Source: Octopus vulgaris (taxonomy: Eukaryota). Taken from it: a stretch of DNA of 64,000 bases. A program made the position numbers and the translations under genes. The stretch lies in contig OX597824.1 in assembly GCA_951406725.2 (NCBI GenBank), positions 17,484,001 to 17,548,000 on the forward strand, read 5' to 3'. Positions 32,176-46,175 of this stretch are shown piece after piece; the stretch's first letter is position 1, and every line of letters begins with the position of its first letter. The notes under the pieces are model-generated. The model did not search any database, was not told the DNA's origin, and saw only the letters and a list, made by a program, of their open reading frames with translations.

Positions 32176-32474
32176 CTGTTGAGGTCTTTGAAAATTAGAA
32201 ATTCCGAGAACCAGAAATAATTCAGTTTTGCAACAATTAATTCTTGCTGGAAAGAATAAAGTCTCTAGAATAGGTAGGGAAATTCTTGGGAAATTCTTTG
32301 GTTGAATGGAACAACACTTGTCATCCATACAGATGTAGGCTTGTGTCACGAGGGCAACATTCAAGTATTTTTTAGTTCAAAACTGACTTGTTATTGTCTA
32401 TAGCTACAGCTACTTCGAAATTCACTTTTTCCAGATCTCTCTCGCTTTAACTCTCTCCCTCTCTAACTATGCAC

Positions 32475-32533
32475 ATCCTTAAATCCTTAAAAATGCTTCA
32501 GCCCGAAGGCTGCGGCCATGCTGGGGCACCCCC
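32475..32533 (-). mobile_element. ~60-bp 3' stub of the CR1-group LINE at 53851-54200
   Basis: GGTGCCCCAGCATGGCCGCAGCCTTCGGGCTGAAGCATTTTTAAGGATTTAAGGAT. Confidence 0.85.
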
Positions 32534-32581
32534 GTTATATATATATATATATATGTATGTATGCAGGTATATATATGTATA

Positions 32582-32657
<76 letters not shown>

Positions 32658-32727
32658 ATATATATATGTATGTATGTATACATGTGTGTGCATATATACA
32701 TATGTATATATATATGTGTGTGTATAC

Positions 32728-32766
<39 letters not shown>

Positions 32767-32789
32767 GCTATATATATATATATAAATAA

Positions 32790-32941
<152 letters not shown>

Positions 32942-33582
32942 TCAAAGAGGGGGACAAAAAGACAGAGAGAGAAAGGAAAGGGGGAGAGAAAACAAACAGG
33001 AAGTCCGCTGACCGGCCCCACTTGTGAGCGTGGGCACGTCTGTATGTATGACCGTCTAAGATTTCAAAAGTGTACTTGTTTCTCATGTGACTTGATCTGG
33101 GAGTGCACGTTGACCCTAACTGAAAAACATTGTGAAAGAACCATCCTTATGAAGAAATGGGATTTTAAATGGCTCAATTGATAATTTAGACGTTCATAAA
33201 TTATGCGATAAGAAAGAAAAAAGACAACATCTACGGAAGAAGAGGAAAGGGAGAAAGGCACCCACATGGAGGACATTATGCGTAACACACACACATATGT
33301 GTGTATATATATATATATATATATGCATATAATAGTATAAATAGTATATAAGTATATGAATATATACATACATATATGTACATAGCTATATATATATATG
33401 TATATATGCATGCATATATGGGTACAGGACATAATAAAAAATGTTGAACAAAATGAGAAACGAAAACAGAAACAAAAACATACAACACAAGGAATATTCC
33501 CCTTCTTCAGTTGTCCCTCTTTCATCTACTCCGCGTTCCGAAGGTAACATATACATATATGTGTGTGTATATACATACTTAC

Positions 33583-33710
33583 TATTTCTTTACTACCCAC
33601 AAGGGGCTAAACACAGAGGGGACAAACGGATTAAGTCAATTATATTGACCCCAGTGCGTAACTGGTACTTATTTAATCGACCCCGAAAGGATGAAAGGCA
33701 AAGTCGACCT
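33583..33710 (-). mobile_element. Truncated SINE-B (tail-1)
   Basis: TATTTCTTTACTACCCACAAGGGG..GGATGAAAGGCAAAGTCGACC. Confidence 0.9.
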
Positions 33711-33956
33711 ATACGTATATATGTACACAGGACATGAAGAAACGTGTGCAACAAAAAGATACGAAAAACGAGTACATGGAACATGAAGTATTCTTTCGAA
33801 CAACGAAAAGCACAAATGGAAAACAAAACAAACAGCATAAAGAAGGAACCTTCATCAGCTGTTGGCTGCTTTTCTAGTCTTGTATTTCGAGCGTTTAACA
33901 ACAACGCTATCTATCTATCTATCTATATATATATATATATATATATAAATATGTAT

Positions 33957-34052
<96 letters not shown>

Positions 34053-34852
34053 GTATACATAAATATATATATATATCGATTGAGAGATAGACAACAGACA
34101 GACAGATAAAAATGAATAAAGAAAGAAAGAAAGAAAGAAAGAAAGAATGAACGACAGAAAGAAAAAAGACAGAAATTATGAAAGAGAGACAAAAAGACAG
34201 AGAATCAGAGAGAACGAGAGCCGGAGAGGTAGTCAGGTAGGTTGATATGAAGATGTTTAGGAAATCAGATTCAATAATATCCAATTGGAAGCTTCTACCA
34301 GGTAATTTTTTCTACGGTTTAACTTACAGTTTACCTTACACCATTGCACCCGACCCACGATATCCAGTAAGTAAACGAACATTGCTTAATTAATTTGATT
34401 AAACTAAGACGCGTGGACTAGTGGTAATTGCATTGCTCTCACAGTCGTAAGGTCGCGATTTCCATACCTGAAACAGGAACTGCATTTTTTTTCTTGACTA
34501 AAACACTTAGATTCATATTAATCCGGCCCACTCAACTTTAATCGATTGACCCCTTAACTGATTGGCGTGAGCTCGGTCACGTGTACGTCAAAGAAACTGG
34601 GTGACCTGTCCTAAGAATCCAAGTACATAAGGAAAATTGATGTCCACCGGTTGTTGATGTTGCTGATGCTAATGATGAAGGTGCAATCAGTGACCAGGTC
34701 GCAGCTCGCGCGACGTTTTTGACACTATATAACAAATAATAAACCTTTAAGTTAAACGTCTTTGTGTGTTTTATGCATGGGTAAAAATGTATCAACCACG
34801 CAACAATTGTATGAGATTATAATTATCTTCAAATTTCAACAGACTTTTAATA

Positions 34853-35704
34853 TTCTTTCCTACAATAGGCACAGGGCCTGAAATTCAAAAGAAGAGGACT
34901 AGTCGATTACATCGACCCCAGTGCTTAACTGGTACTAAATAATCGACCTCAAAAGGATGCAAAGCAAAGTCGATCTCAGCGGAATTTGAAAACAGAGCAT
35001 AAGGACGGACGAAATGCTGTCTAGGGTATTTTGTCCGGCGTGCTAACGTTTCTGCCAGCTCATCACCTTCAACAAATCTTTTGATATTCTTTCCTACTCT
35101 AGGCACAAGACCCGAAATTTTGGGGGAGGAGTCTCCTCCATTAGATTGACCCCCAGTACGGAACTGGTAATTAATTTATCGACCCTGAGAGGATGAAACG
35201 CAAAGTCGACCTCGGCAGAATTTGAACTCAGAACGTAGCAGCAGACGAAACACCTACTTCTTTACTACCCACAAGGGACTAAACACAGAGAGGACAAACA
35301 AGGACAGACAAACGGATTAAGTCGATTATATCGACCCCAGTGTGTAACTGGTACTTAATTTATCGAACCCGAAACGATGAAAGACAAAATCGACCTCGGC
35401 GGAATTTGAACTCAGAACGTAACGGCAGACGAACTACTGCTAAGCAATTCGCCCGGCGTGCTATCGTTTCTTATTTCTTTACTGCCCACAAAGAGCTAAA
35501 CACAGAGGGGACAAACAACTACAGACAAATGGATTAAGTCGATTTTATCGACCACAGTGCGTAACTGATACTTATTTAATCGACCCCGAATGGATGAAAG
35601 GCAAAGTCGACCTCGACGGAATTTGAACTCAGAACGTAACGGCAGACGAAATACCGCAAAGCATTTCGCCCTATGTGCTAACGTTTCTGCCAGCTCGCCG
35701 CCTT
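34853..35704 (-). mobile_element. SINE-B cluster: single tail-2 copy (34853-35069) plus trimer tail-1, tail-1, tail-2 (35089-35704)
   Basis: Junctions near 35471 and 35254; TSD AATCTTTTGATATT (35075) / AATCTTTTCATATT (35708). Confidence 0.92.
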
Positions 35705-35999
35705 ACTAATCTTTTCATATTAATAAATTGTTGATTCTTAGATGCTGAAAGCTTCAGAAACATACATGTTCACTTCCAGCTGCTTATGGTGGTCGAACCG
35801 TAGTACAAGGGTACCTAACTGCATATATATGTGACTTTTACCATTTGATCGATTGATTCATTAATGCATTCATATCATATGCAATGTATGATGATGTTGG
35901 TGATGCTTTTGGCTGTAGGCGACAAGAATAACAAGAAAACCAATAAATATTAATTAACTCAACACCCATTCCGCTCGAAATTTCGCTTATTTGCGGGTG

Positions 36000-37150
<1,151 letters not shown>

Positions 37151-38008
37151 GTGTGCATGTGCACAACACTGTAAACCGTGCATTTCTTTTTGCATCTGTG
37201 CACTAAATTCCCTTCACTAAAATATCTTAAACATTTCCATTCCATGAAGGCATTTTCAGAAATAACTCTCTACTTATTTTTCTTTATTCTTTGCTGTTTT
37301 ATTTCATTTTGTTTTATATTTCTTATACCTTCCAGAAAATCTGTAAATTCCATATTCTCGAAAATGTACCAAACCAAAGTAGAATGTAGGAAATTAGATA
37401 AAATACACACGTGGATCAATAATTTTCATTAAAGACCCGTATGTTTAATTATTAAAGAAAGCCGTTGTTTAGTTCGCGAGAGCGTTTATCTTTGGACGGG
37501 GAGAAATAATTAAGTTTCTCTTAAGGCCTATCACGAAATGTGGATTAATTTACTGAATATAAATGTGAAGAATTTACCCTTTAATATATATCCAATCATA
37601 TATCCAAGACATATTATCATAAGCAAATAATCACTTTCGTTTATATACTTTTGTTGTATTGTTTTCTAACTTAGGAACTGTGTCACACGTTTTGCATTGT
37701 CAAGAATATAGGGACTGCTATACTTGACGCTTCCTATATTTCATAGGCGTAGAATAGAAAGCAGTCGAGGTCTATTTTATCGGGTTTGAACTTATATAAA
37801 TTGTACGTCACAAAATGCAGGTACATCAAGCCGTTCATGCTGGAGGATGGATCTACTGATTTTTAAAATCCAAAGAGGTTTTGTAAATTTTGTTTCACTG
37901 TATCGCTTTTAATACTTGGTCCGATTAGGGCACATTTTATCGACTCCTCCATGGTGAAAAGCAGTTAAATCCATGTGATTTAACAACCCAAAAGTATTGT
38001 GTGAGCAG

Positions 38009-38051
<43 letters not shown>

Positions 38052-38099
38052 ATATCTATCAACCTACTTACCTATCTCCCCTTCTGTATATATATATAT

Positions 38100-38199
<100 letters not shown>

Positions 38200-38224
38200 G
38201 TGTGTGTGTTTGTGCGTGTTGTAA

Positions 38225-38598
38225 ACGCGCTGGTTTAGTGGTTAGGGTGTTGCACTCATGATTGCGAGATCGTGGGTTCGGTTCCCGTCTAAGCTCCACG
38301 CCACAACTTTCTCTCGCTCTTTCTTCCTGCATCTTGCAGCTCCCCTGCGACGACCGGCGTCCCGTCTAGGTGGGGTGCGTATAACCCAAGGAAACCTATT
38401 TCTTTATTACCCACAAGGGGACAAACAAGGACAGACATAGGTATTAAGTCGATTACATCGACCCCAGTGCGTAACTGGTACTTAATTTATCGACCCCGAA
38501 AGGATGAAAGGCAAAGTCGACCTCGGCGGAATTTGAAACCCAAGGAAACCGGGAAACCGGCCCTATGAACCAGGCATGACTCGAAAAGGAACAGAACA
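38225..38598 (+). mobile_element. SINE-A-related copy containing an antisense truncated SINE-B (38397-38536)
   Basis: TSD AACCCAAGGAAACC on both sides of the SINE-B insert. Confidence 0.85.
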
Positions 38599-38948
38599 GC
38601 ACATTTCAGACAACTGCCTACATGGATGGTCCATGATACCATAGAAATTGTCTTAAGAATGACTTAACCGACGACACTATCAAGTGATGGTTATTAAAAC
38701 ATATCCTGGGTCTGTTTTAGCTCTCTTTCTCTGTTCATGTTTTTTTGTCTTCACACACACTTACAACCAGAACCCAATCCACGATCTATCACCGGATGAT
38801 GCATTAAATGGTTACCTGCGCAGTATGGATACAGGCATCTCAAATTTACCTATTTCCAGGAAGATTAGAAAGGTATTGAAAGAGAAAAACCCTGCTAGAT
38901 ACATTTTGTATATGTATGTGCGTGTGTGTGTGTATATATGTTTGTGCG

Positions 38949-39125
38949 CGAGCTGGCAGAAACGTTAGCACGCCGGGCGAAATTCCGCCGAGGTCCACTT
39001 TGCCTTTCATCCTTCCGAGGTCGAAAAATTAAGTACCAGTTACGCACTGGGGTCGATGTAATCGACTTAATCCGTTTGTCTGTCCTTGTTTGTCTCCTCT
39101 GTGTTTAGCCCCTTGTGGGTAAAGT

Positions 39126-39127
<2 letters not shown>
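38949..39127 (+). mobile_element. SINE-B (tail-1) with internal deletion at AAAT microhomology
   Basis: CGCCGGGCGAAAT joined directly to TCCGCCGAGG. Confidence 0.9.
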
Positions 39128-39181
<54 letters not shown>

Positions 39182-39249
39182 TATCATGGTGAACCTTTAA
39201 TCCTCGCACATCTTTCTCCCTGTCCGGCTATTTTAGTTCTCTTTCCATT

Positions 39250-39352
39250 TTACCTCTCAAATCTTGAGGAATCTTTCATCGAGTTGGTACAAGACCTAAT
39301 CAATAGCAGATGTCATGTCATCATCACTTTGATACTGGTTCCTAGCCCAGTG

Positions 39353-39407
<55 letters not shown>

Positions 39408-39790
39408 GGGGAACAGATGATAATGAGATGGGGCCAAATCGTGAGAAGAGTGTCGGTGATCAATCAGTTCATATTCATCGTGACCCAGCTCACCTATTGA
39501 GACAAAAGACTTGTGTGCTGGAGCATTTACCTGATGACCCCTTTCGTAAGTTTTCTAGGGCTTGAGGTCTTGACAACCTTTCGTAACTGTCTCAGCAAGC
39601 TGGGATATTATGTCCATCTCTGTTGGTGTGGTCCAATGAACACAGTACTAATCTCATTCTCGAAAACTAAGGCCATGACCTTCCCTGCAGATGAAACGCC
39701 CTTGGTTTTCTTTCGGGCAGGTTCGGAGGGGTGTTTGAAGCGCACAGACTATCGCTTTTTCTCAGGTTCAAAGTGATGAACCCCTACTCG
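39250..39790 (-). pseudogene. Degraded mariner transposase interrupted by (GT)n
   Basis: KHPSEPARKKTKGVSSAGKVMALVF..LLRQLRKVVK..HQVNAPAHKS..DLAPSHYHLFPN..YQSDDD. Confidence 0.85.
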
Positions 39791-40329
39791 GATATTCCAA
39801 TCAAACACGGTTTTTCCACTGCAAACATATCTGGCGTTCTTATTTCAAAATATGGCTATCCTTGATAGGGAAATTTCAGGAAATTCTGTAATTATTAAAC
39901 TCAATCAAAACCACTGGTTCATGTTCATATAACTTTTCTCCTACTTTGAATCCATTACACTCAGCTAACATCTATTATTTGCCGCTACAAAAGAGTGGAA
40001 TTTCATGAATATGGAAAATCAAGGAGATAGCGATATATTTTATATAAATTTTTACCCAATCTTTGCATTTCATTCTATACGGGTGATGCATTTGATTGCA
40101 TTTCTATATATAAATCAACTGTAACGAAATCTGCGTACGAAGAATTAACTTTCTTGTTATCAGTTTTAAGACTATCTTTTGATTAATTACATTTGTTTTA
40201 AGATTTTTAAAGAAATTTTCTCGTGGAAAAATGATCCGAACTAAAGGAAAGAATTAGATATTTTGAAATTCATTAAATTACATAAAGAAATGAGAGAAAG
40301 TCAGGGAGAACAAGAAAAACAGAAATATC

Positions 40330-40373
40330 ATAACATAGGCAGATAGATGGATGGATGAATAGATAGATAGCTG

Positions 40374-40438
<65 letters not shown>

Positions 40439-40587
40439 ATAGATAAGTAGATAGATGGATAGATAGAAAGAGAGAAAAAGAGAAAAAGAGAGGTGAGTGT
40501 ACGCTGGAAACTGATAAACATACATAGAGACAGACAGAGAAACAGGTAGATAGATAAATCGGTAGATAGATAGACAGACAGACAGAC

Positions 40588-40648
<61 letters not shown>
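40330..40648. repeat. (GATA)n/(GACA)n tracts around a unique spacer; left flank of Tx1 copy a
   Basis: 40429-40648 is repeated at 43906-~44118. Confidence 0.95.
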
Positions 40649-40649
<1 letters not shown>

Positions 40650-43600
40650 CTTTCTTTTATTAGCCACACAGGGCTGAATACAGAGGGGACAAATACAAAT
40701 GCAGAGCTTTTCTTTTCGAGGGTGGAAAAAAATTAAAAAATGTAAGATTGCGATCAAAAGGGATCGAGAGGAGGAAAAAAAGGAAAAAAAAAAGGAATCG
40801 TGTATCACAGAAATAATGATGTAAACATTGATATAACAAGATTGGGTTCATCCGTGGGAAGAAAAGCCTACAGAAAAGACCACGGGAACCCCAGTCAGGG
40901 AGGAAATAACCACATGAGATCAAAAATGCTCTCTTTCTTTCTTTTTTACGATCTACAGGATCATGCTCAAAATGGTTTCGTTACTAGCACGCACCATCTT
41001 TGCAACATTCACCCATCTTTTTTTGAATCTTTCGCGAGACAAAACTTCCCTCTCCATTCTCACCTTCCTTTTCAAGTGGTACTTGAAAAAGTTGATGAGC
41101 GATTGGCCAGAGAGGTAAGTGTTTGTCTCTAATCCTTTCGCTCGAGTCCACCACACACATTCTTTCACCATGGCCACCAGTACGATGAAAACTGCCTTGC
41201 CTTCCCGGTTGAGGGAAGGGGGCGGACCAATTCTCACGATAGACTCGGCCGATAGGCGGATTCGTCCCACACGTGACAGCAGCCGTTCGGCATAAGCCCA
41301 CAGGTCGGAAATGGTTGGACATTGCACGAGTGTGTGCAGAACGGTTTCGTCGCTCTGACCGCATCTCGGGCAAGTCGGTCCAGTGTGTTTGGAACCGTGT
41401 CTGTAGAGCTTATCCCGAACAGGTAATGCTTCTCGATAGCACTGCCAGGCCAGGGATCTTTGGTGATTGTTCATAGGTCCCGGCCCGAAAGTTGTCCTGA
41501 ACAGGCGGGTCAGGTGTTCCTCGTCGACGCCCAGACTCTGCCCGAGTTCGTCGTCGCACCTCCCCTCCACTAATCCTCTATAGAATGCCTTTGTTGTGAT
41601 GGAGTCGCACAAGTTCGATCCCGGACGGCAGAGTTGCTTGAGAGCAACGCGACACTCGCGGTGCCATTCGCCTAGCCTCGGTCTCTGCTTGATCCATGAC
41701 TGTAGTTCGTCCAAGGAGACGAGCTGCGGGAAAGCGCGCCGCACAAAAGGCGACCACCCCTGTTCACCGTTGTCTATGAAGCGCCGGAGATGTCGCAGTC
41801 TCAGCGCATGTCTGCGCATCATCAACCACGGCATGCCCAGCCCTCCATTTAGCGGGTGTTGGCAGCAAATGGATCGCCTAACCATCGGAACGTTTCCCTT
41901 CCACAAGAAGCGGAAGAGTATGCGTTCCAGTTTGGTGATGGTAGGGTCGGGACAAGGCACGACGGTCAGACGATACTCGATGACGGATGCGATGTACGCG
42001 TTCGCCACCTCCGCCCGACCTTTTAGGGATAGCTTTCTCTCAGTCCATTTCTGGGTGAGAGTAGCCACCCTAGTCGTTATCTCGCCCCAGTTCTTCTCCA
42101 TTTGGAGGTCCGGACCGAACCAGACCCCGAGCAATTTAACCGGTCCGTCCGTCCAGCGTCCCACGATGGAGACGCTGTTGGACGGCATGGGCTTGCTTCT
42201 CCAGGTGCCGAGCCGCAAGCCCACTGACTTTTCCCGGTTAATTTTTGCTCCCGTTACCGCTTCGTATTCTTTCAGTGTCTCGCCGACCAGCTCGATGTGC
42301 TCGTAGCTCGACACTATGACGGTGACGTCATCCGCGTATGCAGACACGCTCCTCCCGCATCCCAGCTCTCGTGGGATGCCCCTCAGCGTCGCCAGTTTCC
42401 GCAGTAGTGGCTCAAGAGTCAGTACATACAGCAGCGATGAGAGGGGGCATCCCTGACGAACCGAACGCATGATGTTAAAAGGTCTGGATAGATGACCATT
42501 TACGCGAACTACTGAGCGGATGCCGCTGTATAAGGCAGCGATCCAACCGCGGAAAACTGGACCGAAACCAGCCGCTTTGAGGACAGCCTCCAAGTAGTGA
42601 TGGTCTACCCTATCGAAGGCTTTTGATTGATCCAAATTGATCAGCGCCCCAACCATGCCAGGATTTTTAACTACCCTGTCTATGATGTAGCGCATCAGAT
42701 GGAGGTTGTCATGAATACTTCTACGGCACGGCGCATGTTTGCGCCTTGTCGATTAGTTTCTTGATGACAAGCGCCAACCTCTCGGCTAACACCTTGGCCA
42801 AAATTTTCAAATCTGCGTTGAGCAGAGTGATGGGCCTGAAATTATCTATGACGTCCCCCTTGTTTGGGTCTTTCTTGATCAGTGCCACTGCTCCTCGCTT
42901 TACAAAAGCAGGAATACTCCCGTTCTGCTGCCAGTTGCAGTAGACAGCTGCCAAGACGCCTCCAAACAAGTCTGGCATATGAAAATAAAATTCGTAGGGC
43001 AGACCATCCAAGCCTGGTGACTTGTCTCTCGCGCAGCCTACCATCGCATCCTGTACGTCCGCAGCTGTGATAGGCTTTTCACAAGACTCCACCTCCCTTG
43101 CTGAGAGTCGTGGCAAGGCATGCAGGTAGGCACTAAAGTCCACTCTGCTTTCTGACTCACCACTTGTCCCAAACAGTTGGGTGAAGTGTTGTTGAAAAAC
43201 CCCACACATCCTTTTAGGCTCGAGCAATTCGCGCCCCTGTTCATCTATAAGAGACTTGATGGTGGCTCTGTTGCCTCGTTGCGTCTCCACCACTCGGGCC
43301 TCTTGGGCGGCTCCAACTCCTTCGTTCCTCAGAGCACGCATCCTAGCTCTGACAACGCATCCCTCGTGTTTGGCGTTGAGGTGTTGGTCGAGGGCCAATC
43401 TCGCCGCCAGTACGTTGGACGCGATACCAGTTCTAAGTGCCTCTTCTAAAACCTTAACTAATTCTCCCTCTATTCTATTTCGGTCTAATGCTAGGGCTCT
43501 AGTGTATCTGACTGATTCTGCTTTAATCGCTTTTTTTAGGGCATACCACCATCTGTTGTTGATGATGGTACCCGTCAAAGCTCTCTTAACTAATGTGCTG

Positions 43601-43905
43601 ATCCGGTCCCTGTAAACCTGTCGTGCTGTAAAAGACGCGTTCAGTTTCCAGTAACCAGGACCCTGCCTATGTGTCTTATCTAAGTCAAGTGTACAAGTCA
43701 CAAACTTGTGATCTGTGTAACTGACTATATGAAATTGTGGACAACCTACACTATTTTTATCTATTGTCCTACAGAATACTCTATCTAAGTATGATCTGGA
43801 CGACCCGATGCGGTTACTCCATGTCCACATTGGCACATTCGGGTGGTCCAGTCGGTACCTGTCAGACAGTTGGAAACGTCTGAGCAGGTCTTTGAGGCAT
43901 TTGCA
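40649..43905 (-). mobile_element. Tx1-clade (L1 group) LINE, 5'-truncated, copy a
   Basis: ORF2 from the end of the APE endonuclease through RT and CCHC domain, plus ~300-bp 3' UTR; long flanking direct repeat. Confidence 0.96.
40953..43905 (-). pseudogene. Tx1 ORF2 (partial endonuclease, RT, zinc knuckle) with one frameshift at ~42720
   Basis: SRSYLDRVF..YTDHKFV, GPGYWKLN, KSPGLDGLPYEFY, NFRPITLLNADLKILAK, LDQSKAFDRVDH, VRQGCPLS, AYADD, CPRC..H....C; CAVP|RSIHDNLHLMRY continues in another frame. Confidence 0.96.
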
Positions 43906-44064
43906 AGATAGATAGATAGATAAGTAGATAGATGGATAGATAGAAAGAGAGAAAAAGAGAAAGAGAGAGGTGAGTGTACGCTGGAAACTGATAAACATAC
44001 ATAGAGACAGACAGAGAAACAGGTAGATAGATAAATAGGTAGATAGATAGACAGACAGACAGAC

Positions 44065-44118
<54 letters not shown>

Positions 44119-44119
44119 G

Positions 44120-44151
<32 letters not shown>

Positions 44152-44165
44152 TAGATAGATAGATA

Positions 44166-44790
44166 TGTTTCTTTATTAGCCACACAGGGCTGCACACAGA
44201 TAGAACAAATTACAAGGTAGAGCTTTTCTTTTGGGGGTAAAAATAGGAGAGTGGTGGTTTTCGATCAAAAGGGATCGTAAAAGGAAAGTAAAAGGACAAA
44301 AAAAGGGGGGGGTTAAAAAAGGGGGATAGAAAAAAATGAATAATAGGGATCGTTATCACAGAAATGTCAATATGAAGTGTAAAGGGGAGGACAGGTGAGG
44401 TTTACCCGTGGAAAGAAAAGCCTACGGAAAAGACCACGGTAACCTCGGTCAATGAAGTCACATTTTGTATATTTTTTTTTTTTTTTTTTGCAAATAAGCA
44501 ACTCTCTGTATTAATTTTTATGGTTCATAGAATCATAGTCAAGGTGGCTTCGTCATTCATACGTGCCATCCTTGCTACATTCACCCATCTTTTTTTAAAA
44601 CATTCACTAGACAAAACTTGCCTCTCTACTCTCACTTTCCTCTTCAAGTGATACTTGAAGAAGTTGATGAGAGATTGACCAGAGAGGAAAGTGTTTGTCT
44701 CTAATCCTTTCAGGCGCGTCCACCAGATACATTCTTTCGCCATAGTCACAAGTATGATAAAAATAGCTCTTCCTTCCCGTTTGAAGGAAG
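44166..44790 (-). mobile_element. Tx1-clade LINE 3' fragment, copy b (different subfamily)
   Basis: [48 protein letters not shown]; distinct 3' UTR; (GATA)n on both sides. Confidence 0.94.
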
Positions 44791-44855
<65 letters not shown>

Positions 44856-44901
44856 GATAGGTAGATAGATAGATAGATAGATAGGTAGATAGATAGATAG
44901 T

Positions 44902-45000
<99 letters not shown>
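44791..45000. repeat. (GATA)n microsatellite
   Basis: Direct inspection. Confidence 0.97.
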
Positions 45001-45355
45001 CCCGGCGTGCTATCGTTTCTGCAGCCCTTCGTGAATTATATATATCAAGATTTTGGCATGCTTTACAAAAGTTGTTGCTGTTCTTTAGTATCTGATAGTC
45101 TCTGCCTAATTAGGTTTCGAGCACGGTTTCAAGTTAAGTACAAATATATCATTGTTCCGTTATCATTGAAGGTTCGATCATCTAATCTTTAATTTCAAGC
45201 AGTGAGGTATTTATCAAATGTGCTCATCTTATTATTTACCAGCCGCAAGGTGAAGATGACTTGGCTGTTGTTTCTAGATTATTGTCTTCTCACTGAAACA
45301 CTTCCAGACATCCTTGAATTGTTGTCATTATTATTGATGTTGATGCTGTTGCTGT

Positions 45356-45716
45356 TGAGCGAAGCGGTCTTCGTCCCATTAGTGCGAGAAGTCCGAAACG
45401 TGGTCCTTTGCTATTCGTAAGACCCGCAGAAGAGAAATCAGGTCAACCCCGCGACACCGAGAGCATCGACGGATGGATGAATGCGCATCTAGGCTCAGCG
45501 GTTGCATAGGAAGTCGGGGACAAGAAACAGGAAGAAAGAATGAGAGAAAATTGGAGCGAAACAGTACAACAGGGGTCACCACCACCCCCTGCTGGAGCTT
45601 CGTGGAGCTTTAGGTGTTTTCGCTCAATAAACACACACAACGCCCGGTCTGGTAATCGAAACCGCGATCCTCCGACCGCGAGTCCGCTGCCCTAACCACT
45701 GGGCCATTGCGCCTCC
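45356..45716 (-). mobile_element. SINE-A, tail type 3
   Basis: Same head; 3' module CCGACTTCCTATGCAACCGCTGAGCC..GGGTCTTACGAATAGCAAAGGACCACGTTTCGG; TGATGTTGATGC on both flanks. Confidence 0.88.
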
Positions 45717-45854
45717 TGATGTTGATGCCGGCTGCTTAGCTTTAGGTGACATCTGAACCACTATACATGTAACCAAAAGCTATTTAAATTTCATTTTGTT
45801 TGCCAGACGTTTTAAATCTAGTACTACATTATCCACCGGGTAATATATTTCATA

Positions 45855-46175
45855 GTGGAGGCGCAATGTCCCAGTGGTTAGGGCAGCGGACTCGCGCTCG
45901 GAGGATCGCGGTTTCTATTCCCAGACCGGGCCTTGCGTGTGTCTATTGAGCGAAAACACCTAAAGTTCCACGAGGCTCCGGCATGGGGTTGGTAGTGACC
46001 CCTGTTGTACTCTTTCGCCCCCAACTTTCTCTCTCTCTTCCTGCTTCTTGAGTACAGCTGCGATAGACTGGCGTCCCGTCCAGATGGGGCGGGGGTACTC
46101 ATACTCCACAGACACCGGGAAACCGGGCCCATGAACCTGGCTAGCCTTGAAAAGGGTACATAAATAAAATAAAAA
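45855..46175 (+). mobile_element. SINE-A, tail type 1
   Basis: Colinear with 12022-12342; TSD TATTTCATA. Confidence 0.9.

Noticed and set aside
33495-33900. Permuted hammerhead-like motifs (C-GGAA/GAAA upstream of CTGANGA-AGG) at ~33500-33545 and ~33845-33895, minus strand
   Set aside because: Could not close stems I and III or place a cleavage triplet; probably decayed repeat fragments.
37329-37353. Possible first coding exon MEFTDFLE|GTATAA on the minus strand
   Set aside because: Too short, and the nearest candidate downstream exon (34577-34725) is not in a compatible open frame.
41596-42306. 236-aa plus-strand ORF and other overlapping ORFs
   Set aside because: Antisense shadows of GC-rich Tx1 ORF2.
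43906-43998. N-terminus [15 protein letters not shown] of the 425-aa ORF
   Set aside because: Lies in the duplicated flank, not in the element; the same peptide appears at 40521.
45370-45525. HDV-like ribozyme suggested by CTAATGGGAC in SINE-A module 3
   Set aside because: No matching P1/P3/P1.1 nested pseudoknot found by eye.
45857-45932. tRNA genes at SINE heads
   Set aside because: A/B boxes present but no convincing acceptor stem, and each continues into a SINE body.
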